From Gnetum montanum (Eukaryota; Plantae; Gnetophyta), in contig MNCI01003127.1 in NCBI GenBank assembly GCA_015680685.1, positions 38,176-102,175 on the forward strand: DNA of 64,000 bases, written 5' to 3'. A program made the position numbers and the translations under genes. Positions 39,512 through 50,599 of the stretch are shown one piece after another. Each line of letters starts with the position of its first letter. Positions within the stretch are counted from its first letter, which is position 1. The notes under the pieces were generated by a model, which did not search any database, was not told the DNA's origin, and was given only the letters and a program-made list of their open reading frames with translations.

Positions 39512-41127
39512 TATGACATTCAAAAACATCAATGGCTAGAACACCAAGAGGTCAGCAGGCATATAGCCTAATCCCAAACCCATGCAAAGGCTATGCCGAG
39601 AAATGAAAATGAGGTGCCCTGAATGTCTGGTCAATCAGATAGGGACTTACATGGTGTTTGAATGACTGTGTGAGAGGGGTTTATGCAGAGTTCCATGCCG
39701 ACACTAGGGCTAACTAAGCTAGAACATAGCAAGGTGTCCTGTCCTGAGAACAATAATGTAAACATGCAAATATGTATGAAATAGTGAGAAAATACAAGTG
39801 TTACGCTGAATACCAAAGAGAAATGCTTGAAAAATGCAACAAAACTTGAAAACAAAAGTGCACCACCCCAAATGGGGATGTAGTTAATTTCAAAATGATC
39901 TTAGTAAGTATATAGTGTACAAAAAGTACAGTGGAAGTGTAGTCACAGTCTCGGTGATGTTGGGCCATGAAGTCTGATGCTCACTATGATGAACTTTGCC
40001 TACCAGGTTAGCCATCGCGATGTAGCATATAGTGTTTTATAGGGCTACAATGGGGCTGTGGTGAACCGTGATGTGCAAATATACCTCTCTACTGGTGTGG
40101 TGTGCTCTGGGACTCATTCACCCATGGAGCTAAGTGTCAAATTGCCAAAATGCCAAATGCCAAAATGAAAATACCAACTACCAACCAGTGAAAAATGGAA
40201 GCCCCAATCCCTAAAACATTAGGGCATAGGGGTATTTATAGGGCTAGGGTTAGTCCAAAATGCGGATCAAGTGCCATGTGGCAGTGCAATAGGTAGGACC
40301 ACAAGAAAATTTTTTAAGTCCAGATGTGACTAGAAAAAGTTCAAAAATTTTCTATCTCTGGCCACTACGCTTATCCTATGTTACACGCGAGACATGGGAC
40401 TCTCCCTAGGGAAAGGGTGTAGCATGGACACTTAGAAGAATCTTGTGAAGATTGTAATCCTTATTCTTGCTACAGTGGCCATGCTCTAGAGCATAGCAAG
40501 AGGGGTAGCCTCAAGAGTTAGAAAATTTATCAAATGCCTCTTTCATGTTGAGTTGGCTTAATAGCTTTTAGCTTGACACTTAGGCAAAAATTTTCACTGA
40601 AATTTGTGCTACACTAACTACACTCTAGAGCGTAGCAAGGGCAATGGGAGCATAGCACACCACTTACAAAATTCTGCAAAACTGGCCATTTGTGTGTTAG
40701 TAGCTACAGTGTCAAGCGTAACAGCTACAATGTCACTATAGAGTGTAACAAGTATAGTGTTGAGCGTAACAACTACAGTGTCACCATAGAGCATAATAGC
40801 TATAGTGCTAGGCATAGCACAACACTTAGAAAAATTTCTATAGTTGTCATTAACACTTAGAAAATTTTGCAAAATAGGCCTTCATGCATGCTATGTTAGC
40901 TACACTAGCAAGCGTAGCACCAACACTTAGAAAATTTGCTAAGTTTTGACACTTAGAAAAATTTGCAAAAAGTGCTATCGTTCTAACACTTAGAAAAATT
41001 TTGTAGATTTGGCAGTTGGAGTTGACTACACTCAACACTTAGAAAAATTTGGGCAAAGTGCCACTATTTTAACACTTAGCCAAATTTGCAGTCATGATGC
41101 TGAGAATTGAAATTTTGTGATGTTCCA
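39512..41127 (-). repeat. Element B 5' LTR
   Basis: First ~370 bp colinear with 23403+; ends GATGTTCCA followed by the TSD. Confidence 0.82.
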
Positions 41128-43340
41128 ATAGCCTACATCACTTGCATTAAGAGGGTCTTTATAAACCTTCATTGATTGATTTTTTAGATGAACTAGATTG
41201 GTTAAATTAAGAGCCAATTGGCCTTAGTCAATCATGCATTGTATGTCATCTTGTAAAGCCATGTAGAAGTCTATGTCATGGCCAAGCAATTGATGATAGT
41301 GGTAGAATCGGTCCAACTTGAAGTGTTTGGGAACTAGAGGCTCATCTGGTGTAACTACTGATGGGTTTCTAAGAAGCTCGCAGTAGCAATCATCATGCTT
41401 GTAAGCATCTTCAAACATTTGCTTATACTAGATGCGTCCAACACTAAGTAGTTGATCCAAAAGTTCCAACGGCTTAATGGGCAAAGATGTATACTTTGAT
41501 TGCACTCAAAGTTTGGCCTCGAGGCAACTTGCCCCATGGCCTCCAATGGTGCAGGTTAGTTGGTTGCTATAGTGCCAGACCCGATTGCCTTGTTGTTGGT
41601 TAGGGCCTTGGTTGCCTTGGTCATTGGTTTGGCATTGTTCGGCTTGGCCTCATTGGCCACGGCTAGAACTGTTATTGTTGCCTTGCCCTTCTCCTTATCT
41701 TTCTTTGTGTGTGCATTCTTGTAGGTCATGTAGGCTAAATCCTTACGGGCTTTCATCACATCCTAAATGCTCTTTGTTTGAGTGAATTCTTACCTCAGGG
41801 AATGTGGGGCAAGGTAATGTAGCTTCAACTTGATGAAGTCATTCACTACACCTTTGAGAATGGCTAGTAGGTGAGTTCCTATGATAGGCTCATGGATTTC
41901 ATTAAGTCAACACTCCATCATTGGATGAACTTTTGAATAGGCTCTAAGGAAACCTACTTGATCTACATGAGTTGAACCAAGGTCGCCTTAGGCTTCAAGT
42001 TGTATTTGAAGAAGGTGACAAATTAGCTAAGAAAATCCTCCAATGAAGATATGGAGGCCATGGGAAGCACATGGTACTAGTCTAGTGCCTTACTAGTTAG
42101 GAACATGACGAACACATGAATGATCACATGCGATCATGCTTGCAACAAAAGGCACTCAAACCAAAAGATGACAAGATGGACATGGGGGTTCTCTTCACCT
42201 TTATATTTAGTGAACTAGAGATGTTGGACACCATGAGGCAAGGTTAGTAATGGGATCATAGGACTAATAGGATCATCCCAATAGAAGTCCATCACTTGGA
42301 CCATATTAAAAGAGGTGGCCTTAAGTTGCTTGACCTCTTCAGTGAGTGTCTAAATGAGCTGGAATGCTTGATCTAGGATCGATGTGGGTGTAGCAAGCTA
42401 TGTTGGTTGTGTGGCCTACTACATTGTTGACATGGTCCATGGTCCTACTGTAGGATGTGCGATCACGTGCGATGCTTATTGAATGTACTGCTATGAAGGC
42501 TATTTTGTGTGCTGTTGTTGCATGTATTGTGCCCAAGGCATGAAGGTAGGATCCCACCACATGGTTGTGGCTTGGGCTATTGTAGGGGGCACCATAGAGA
42601 TAGGTGGAACATATGATGCCTGACTCAGGTGCGGTTGGGACATTGGCATCGTGTGCACGTAGGGCTAGGTTGGCATCATGGATGCTAGCTTAAAGGATTG
42701 CATCAGATTGTGTTGAGACCATAAAGGATAGGGTGATAGACAATCCTGCACCTTGATGTGTATATGCTTGATAGCTTACCACAATAGGCATCAACCTAGG
42801 TGGTGACAAGGGAGACGTTACTGCCTCAAAGAAGGTAGAGGGTTGAGATTGTAAGTGAGCCACATTAGAGGTAGGTGATAGGAAAGAGACATAGAAGGGA
42901 TTCTCATTCTCTAAGTGAGCCTTGAATTCCTCTTGGCCATCCTATAGGGGCTCCTCATAGTCGATTTCTACGTCATGCTCATTCAACCCATTCAGTCAAA
43001 TGAGTTGGTCAAGCATCCACCAAAAGGTCTCAATGAGGGGAATGAGATCATTAGGAGCCAAGAAGTACTCCCTCCTATTCTAATGTACAAGCTCATAACC
43101 TCACTTTGCATCCAACTCTTAGCGGTCTAAGGGGATGCCTACTTGGAGTTTTACATAAAGGAAGTTTTATTTGTCTTTGTAGAGCACCATGTGCTCTTCG
43201 AATTAGTTACAAATCCTAAGGGATTACCTTCCCACAAAGATGGGACCCCCAACTCTAGGAATGTCAATTGTGAATTCCTGCTGAATAGGTCAAACAACAA
43301 CTATGCTTAAGGTAGAGATTAAAGGCTCTTTGGGGTTCAT
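41128..43340 (-). pseudogene. Element A gag N-terminal part
   Basis: Colinear with B gag; FTKYKGEENPHVH; ATG at 43340 after a candidate acceptor TTTTCTCATAG. Confidence 0.85.
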
Positions 43341-43735
43341 GATGCTATGAGAAAATGCAAAATGTGCAGCACTTGGAAAAGAAAATGGCTAAGTATAAGT
43401 ATTTCTGAAAGTGGCTAAGTATAGAAATGCTGAAACGATAGTTAAGTTTGAGAGTGCTACTAGAAGAAATGTCTAACTTTGGTGCTACACTTGCTACGCT
43501 CTTATGCTGAGGGCAAGCTATGCTCTCCCTAGCACATAGAGTTTAGAGTCCAAGTGAAAAAAATACACTTTGGCTTCTATCCTGTGGTGTTCTAGAGGAA
43601 TTGAAAACTAAGACTAATCTACACCAACTGGCTCATAGACAAGCACAAGGGTGTCACATCTACACTAGTTTGAAGCTAGTAATGGAGATGTAGAGAGCAC
43701 ATGGAACTACCACAAAACATAGAAGGAAATGGAGG

Positions 43736-43753
43736 GCCCTCCTTCTAGCCCTA
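43736..43753 (-). promoter_or_regulatory. Element A PBS (degenerate tRNA-Asn)
   Basis: Plus strand GCCCTCCTTCTAGCCCTA. Confidence 0.8.
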
Positions 43754-43759
43754 GAAGAC

Positions 43760-45508
43760 TATATTGATCAAAAACATCAGCACTTGGAACACTAAGAGGT
43801 TCGTAGGTGCACAACCTTGACCTTGCCTCTACATGAGGGCCTTTGCTAGGAAATAGAGGCAAAGTGCCCTAGATGGTCTTGTTGATCATACAGGGACTTT
43901 GTTGGATGCAACCAGGGTGTTGGGTGTAGCCAATGGGTGGCATGATTAGCCAAAATGCAAGCACTAACATTGTGAGATAATGCTAAGTGTTTTAATGGTG
44001 TTTCGGTAGTACCAAGGCTAGCTAAGCTTAAGTGTAGCAAGATTTCCTAGTGTGAGAATGGTGGTACAAGTGTGCAAAAACATGTAAAGTAGTAAAAAAT
44101 GTGAATGTGGTATTGAATGTTAGAGAAATTGCTTAAAATGCAACAAAGTTTGAGAGAAAGAAAGAATGGTATCACCCTAGACAGGAGCATAGAAATTACA
44201 AATGGAATTGAGGAGGTACACGGTGTACAAACAAGTGTAGTAACAATGTAGCCACAGTCTCTGGGGTGCCTCGAGGTGAAGATTAATATTTGCTGTGAAG
44301 TATATGCCTACTGGGTTGGCTACCGCGATGTCCTACAAGCTTTGGTGCACTACAGTGCTAAATGGGATGCAAAGGTATTGCCAAGGTGTTGATATGCTTC
44401 AGTGTGCAGGGTGCCCAAAGTGCCTCTAGTGCCAAGTGGTACTCTAAAAATGCCAACTACTGCTTAGGTTTGCCAATCAAATGCTTCAAATGCCCACTGC
44501 TAGAATTAATTACCAATCCTTAGGGCGTGTAATGTAGAGGTATTTATAGGCTTAGGGTTAGCATAGAATGCAGATCGAACACCACATGGAAAAGGGGTAG
44601 GTGGGGCTATGCTAACCTCTACCATGCTCCCACTAGAGCAACTAGTGCTACACTCTAGTGTCCTCCAGTGGACCCCAAGAGACTACCAGACTATGACTAC
44701 ACTACCAAGACTGCATGTGCCAAAGCTGAAAAATACCTCAATGTACCTACAAATAGTGCAAAATAGTTTAATTTGGAGGCTACGCAACAAGAATACGCTC
44801 TACCCTTTTTCGAGTGGGATCGAGCGTAGGTCTAATTTTGGGACATAGGGGATGCAAAGAAAGTGCAAGTTGCTAATCCTACTTGCTAGACGAGTGCTAG
44901 AGCTAGAATGAAGGCTTGTGCTAAGCTTTGGAAGCTTTTGGAGGTAGTTCCATGTTGCTATGCTAGCTACATTCTGGAGTGTAGACCAATAGTTAGGAAA
45001 TTTTTTGCAAAAAATTGAAGTTCATTGCTACTACACTTGCTATTCTTGTGAGCATAACATGATGGGACAAAGCATAGCATGGACACTTAGAAAAATCTGG
45101 CACAAATTACAATCCTTGTTCTTGCTATGCCAACTACACTCGAAAGGGTAGCAAGAGGGGTAGCTTTAGGAGTTAGAAAATCTACCAAATGCCTCTTCCA
45201 TGCTGAGCTAGCTTGACAACTTGTGTCTTGACACTCATGCAAACTAGCAACCAAAGTGCTACTATGCTCAAGAGTGTAGTAGGAGGAATGGAAGCGTAGC
45301 AATACACTTAGAACAATTTCTAAGACCATTGTTGGCACTTAGAAAATTTTGCAGATCTAGTCATGAGCTCCATGCTACACTAGCTACACTCTAGAGTGTA
45401 GCGGGCACAATTAGAGCATATCACAACACTTAGAAAAAAATTTTCTTGTGTTGATACTTAGACAAATCTACAATTGGAGTGTTGTTGCCCAAATTTGGTG
45501 GTGTTTCA
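43760..45508 (-). repeat. Element A 5' LTR
   Basis: Colinear over its full length with 7611-9342; ends GGTGTTTCA followed by the TSD. Confidence 0.9.
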
Positions 45509-48500
45509 CCTTTAAATCTTCATAGGACTAGGATAAAACATCATTTAATTCATTTAGCAATGTAATTAACATACCCTTTTCATCAAAATGTAAATTTTTA
45601 CCTTTTCAAATAAGGTGTTATTGATTTTTTTTTTTATTAATGCAATTTCAGTTTTTGCTAATACTTGTCAATCTTTGTGTTGTAGTACTTCAATTTCACT
45701 ATCTATTTTCTCAAATTGAGATTTCCTAGAAATAGCATTAAGTGAAACCTAACTGATAAGAATTGAGTCATCTAAATAAATGTGTGAAGCTTCAAGAATA
45801 TGATCAAAAAACTCCCCTTGTCTAGTAAGAAAATGAGTAATTTGATGATCATCATCAAACACTATTTAAAGTTAGGAATGGAGTAACAATAAATCTTTTC
45901 CATGACGATTTCAAAATCTCAGGCTCCATAAGAAAATGGAAGGTCAAGGATACAAGTACTATGCTAAAGCATTAGAAATGTGGTTTGCATCCCTCAAAAT
46001 ATGTTCTAATATGATCAAATCAAATTCCTTTCACAGTTCCAATACATATGTCTTGTAAGCTCTCATTAAAGGATCCTTATCTTCATAAGCATTGTTGATT
46101 TGATTCATAATAAGTTGTGAATCACTATAAATCTATAACTTTAAGAGTTCAAAGTCAATATCATATTTTAGTCTGTGCATTAAATATTTGTATTCATTCA
46201 TGTTGTTCATCATGGACTTTAAAAAATAAATGGCCTTAAGCTTTGGAGCATTCCCAAGGGGAATTAACATAATTTGAGCACTCATCCTCATTTTGATGAG
46301 GCTCCATCAATCCTAAGTATCCATGTGTTCAAGTTATTGAAATCTAAAAAGCAAGCTCTTTAATAGATATAAGTATTATCATCAACATAAATTGGATTAT
46401 TATCTAAGGATTTGATAGTTAGGATTTCACTAATATCCCTATCTTTACTACTTGGTGGAGGATCACCATGTACAAAAGTCTTTCTCTCATGTTGGTGGAA
46501 GGGTAATGTGTCAATGTGAAGTTCCAAAAGTTCCCTATAAGTTTGATGGATATAGGGGGTTATGAGTCATTCATTGCATCTAAATTTTTATCTAGTTTGC
46601 ATTCACCAAAATTAAGATCAATCACTCCCATGAAGTTTACACTTTGATCTATTGATATGACATGAGATTCATCATAACTTAAGATGATATGGCAATGGAA
46701 AGGTTCTCTAGGAATTATTACATGTTCAAATCCTCCTTAATTGGAGGAAGAAGTTCTAAGAAGTCATATCTAATGAAACCTCCAAATTGAACACCAAAGA
46801 TACATGATAGCAACATGTCATAAGTAGGTTTCATATCAACTACTAAGATGTCTATGTGGCATGAGAAATTAGGATATTTTTTAAGCAAATTTGAATATAT
46901 TTAAGTGATTCTACTACATGGATATTTGATTCATCAAGTTGGATAACACTTCTTATTTGGGGAGTCATTTAGGCTTCTAAAGTTTACATGCCTCAAGAGG
47001 CATTACATTTATAGTAGCTTCCAAATCCATTAGACAATTATAAACATTCTTTTCTAGTATGGCTAAAGTGGTTAGGAAATGAGGTTTTTCATTCTTGGCC
47101 TGTTGGTGAAGAATGGGTGGATCAAGGATTCCAGCTCCATCTATGAAATGAACTTGTTTTTCATTCATAGGAGTCTTAATTTTATCCTTGGATTCATTGA
47201 TCAACCCATGTATAGCTTCTTTTTCTTCTTTAAATTGTAAAAGTTCATACATGGATATGTTGGCCTTAACCCTTTTCAAATTTTTTATAAGATCATAACT
47301 TTTCTTCTCACTCCTAGGCTCAAGTTGGTTTTGGTTGGAATGATTATGGATTTGTAATGATGTTCTAGGTTGTTTGTGTTATGATGTATTATTATTATTT
47401 CTTTTGCTAGGAGGAATGTATGTGTTTCCCTTTTGGTTACTAGAGTTTTCAAAATATTTCTAATCTTTCTGAATTATGCATTTGCAAAGGTAGGTTCATT
47501 AATCATGACTTGCTTAAAGGATGCTACTAGTTCATTTTCAATTTCACTAGGGATTTTTAGAACCATTAGCAAGGATTTTTCCTTTTGGTTGTTTTGTAAT
47601 TCTTATGTGAATCCCCATATAAGGCTTAGAATTGAGGGCAAGACTTCTCAAAATGTTGTCTAGTGTTATGTAGCCTACAATATTCACTAAGAGCTACTTC
47701 TCCTAAGGTTTTATTTATCTTGTTATGTTGATTTCTTATTTTAACATTGTTACATTTTAGTTCAATCACTAGTGTGGTCAAGACTTGATTCATTGGAGCT
47801 TGCTTCCTAGCTTTAGGAAAGTTGAAGGTTTGTGTTGTCTCAAGGATAGGGATAGAAGGTATGGAGGGAGGGTTAATAATATATTGGATTAAGACCTTTG
47901 ATTGATCATCATTTAGGCCAAGATTTTGAGGAAATAAAGAAGAGAACGCATTTTAACTTTCAATATTTGGTAGAGAGTTGAGGATTGGAGGATTGGCTTG
48001 AAAAGGATTTGGAACTATTGGGGTCTAGGAACCGAGGCCTAGAATTCTGAATTAGAATTGTAAAGAGTTCATGAGAGTGATCTATTCATGTTTAACTACT
48101 TTTGACATCGCTCCTTGTAAGTTGGTAATATTAGGATTAGATTTGATTACATATGTGAAGAAAGGATTAATGGTAGAGAGAAAAAATTTTAATATTCCTT
48201 TTGGTTTTTGATACATCTCACTAGGAACATATGAAAATTGTTGGAGGAAGCTTAAATTGTAATTTCAAATTGTTTCTCCACTAAGCTTTTAAAGATTAGT
48301 AAAGTTACTAGAAGCTATAAAGGAACTAGTATACTTGCCAAATTAAGAGAGAAAATGGGATATGAAGTCATTATAGGTTTAGAATAACAAGTTAGGAAGG
48401 GTTAGAAATCATTGAGTTGTTGTGCCTTGGAAGGTAGTGATAAAAGACCTATAGGACACATCATGTTGAATTATGTTGTGGATGCCTAGTAATGTCTCGA

Positions 48501-48760
48501 AATTTTGAAGATGTTGATGAGCATCATTAAAAGAGAAATCAAAAGAAAGAGGTATGTTAAAGAGGTTTTAGAATTGGGTTGAAGTTTTGAAAGTTGAAAG
48601 GGTTATTGAATAAAGATTGGGTAGTAGGATTTACCATGTATGAAAAATGTGAGACCTAGATCTAGGTCTTGAAGGAATATGACTTGGAAAATGATTAGCT
48701 AAGAAGTTTTGTTTTGTTGTTTTCCTAGTTTCAGGCCTAAGAGTTTTGCTAGGCCCAACC
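45509..48760 (-). pseudogene. E0 gag, protease, archaeal-type RNase H and pre-RT linker
   Basis: KRVKANISMYELL...NCLMDLEATINVMP (PR); WILRIDGASS...NNMNEY...SDSQLI...NHISNALA (aRH, ~45960-46330); VFDDDHQI; SYEDLK. Confidence 0.82.
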
Positions 48761-49203
48761 ATAAACTAAGTTAAGAACAAAGGATATTTTCTTTTAAAAA
48801 AATTTGGATTTTTTATTAAAGCAAGAAAGAAAGAAAAGAAAAGAAAATTAAAACTAATGACAAGATAACTAAGGAATAAAAGTTGCTTAAGGGAGACCAT
48901 GCTGGTGGCCCTCCTTCTAGTCCTAATGAGGGGTGTTGATGTGAAAATTTAGCCCTTAAGGTAAACTAATGTACAACACCTGAAAGTACATGATTTTGCA
49001 AGGTTATTACCTAGGGCACCTTGCATATGGGCACAACTAGCTTGGGAATAATTCTTAGTGAAAGAGGAATGTGACTAATAACTTAAAAAAATGTTATATT
49101 CAAGAATATTTAACTACTTGAAAGTAGAAACATTGCAAATAATAGATGATGTCACATTAGATAACCATGAACATGAACATGGGAAAACATCAAAAAGGAA
49201 AAG

Positions 49204-50059
49204 TAATAAGTCATATTCTTCATCAATTACAATATTGAGGCTCTGATATTAGAGCCTTGATATTGTAGCACGTGCTATATTATCAAATATCTAATATTGC
49301 AGGATGCATGCCTACCTATAAATATGACACTTGGGTGCACGATCCAAACATTCCATTCCTTAGTTGTTAACAAAGCTCTTGTAGTTTGTTTTCTCCAAAG
49401 TTAGAATATTTTCTAAGTGACCACAGTAGGAGCTAGAAAGTGTACAGATCTTTATTCAAGCACTGATATACCTAAGCACCTCAATGTGAATGGGAATAGA
49501 GATGAGCTTTTTTTATTGAACCTTGCAGCACTTAGAATAGATTAACATTTCCCTTATACATTTATTATTCATGCACTTTACTTTAATGAATTTTAATTAA
49601 GTAATTAATATTGATTAAATAATGAACATAAGTACTACCACTTCTAACATATGTTACGCTTGGTAATCCTAGTAGTGCCTAACACTTGGTAGCCCAGTAG
49701 TGTTGCAACCTATTTAGGATGTGTCCAGAAAGTCGGAATGGATGCTTATGATAGGATTAGTTAAGTGTTAGCTAGTTATTAAATTAATTAGATTAATTAA
49801 ATATAAAATTTACTTTATTTTCAACACTTAGGCAAATCTAGTGAAAAAGACAAAATGATACAACTCATGTACCTCAATGATACTTAACCATACCTTTGCA
49901 TTTCACAAGTGAAACTAGGAAGACAACGATCATGTCCTTGATATTCACTTCTTAGACCCAATGTACTTAAAGAGCTAAAGTTTGTAGAATTCAACTGGAT
50001 CACTTAGTGAATGCTAGTGATTCATATGGTTGGGCATAGGGACTACTCGCTGCTCATCA
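49204..50059 (+). repeat. Athila-like 5' LTR
   Basis: Direct repeat of 59130-59985. Confidence 0.9.
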
Positions 50060-50599
50060 TTAGTTCCATTGCTGAGGACTTTAGTTCGCTATGTGTGCTA
50101 TCTAGGACTTAGCAAAATTATTTAAATATGTTGTAACAAAATTTAAAGCCATAATTTTAAAAAATAATAATAATAGTAATGAGCACATTGTCTTTCTTTT
50201 CAAAGTTGAAATAGCTTCTTCTCATAGGGTTGATTCTCCACCATCGTCCAAGCATACATCCAATCAATAAAGGCATGGGGAGTCAAATCATCCAATGCCC
50301 CAACAATGCAAAGTGATTTATACTCATCCCAATGAGCATGCACTAGATTTCACCTTCATCTTACACCAAGATGAACAACTATGATGGAGGGACATGGAGG
50401 GCAACATTGTGTTGCCACTTGATTGATCAGTTCTTGTTATGCTACTCCAAACTCTTATGAGGTTGGGAATCCAAGGGCTCAATGCTAAATATGTTATGTA
50501 GGACCACAACTATCAAGACTACCATCCCACTAAGGCACAACACAAAACAGATCAACAATAGGAGAGACGTCACAAAGCATCGAAGAGAAAATAGTTCAA

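Larger units (their letters stand above)
23403..41127 (-). mobile_element. Element B: full-length degenerate relative of A, nested in A's gag
   Basis: TSD ATAGC (23398-23402 / 41128-41132); A's gag rejoins colinearly; LTRs, PBS, PPT and same architecture as A. Confidence 0.9.
7611..45508 (-). mobile_element. Element A: full-length degenerate Tat/Ogre-like gypsy element (~20.2 kb without B)
   Basis: LTR pair, TSD CCTTT (7606-7610 / 45509-45513), tRNA-Asn PBS, PPT, gag-PR ... RT-RH-aRH-INT. Confidence 0.92.
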
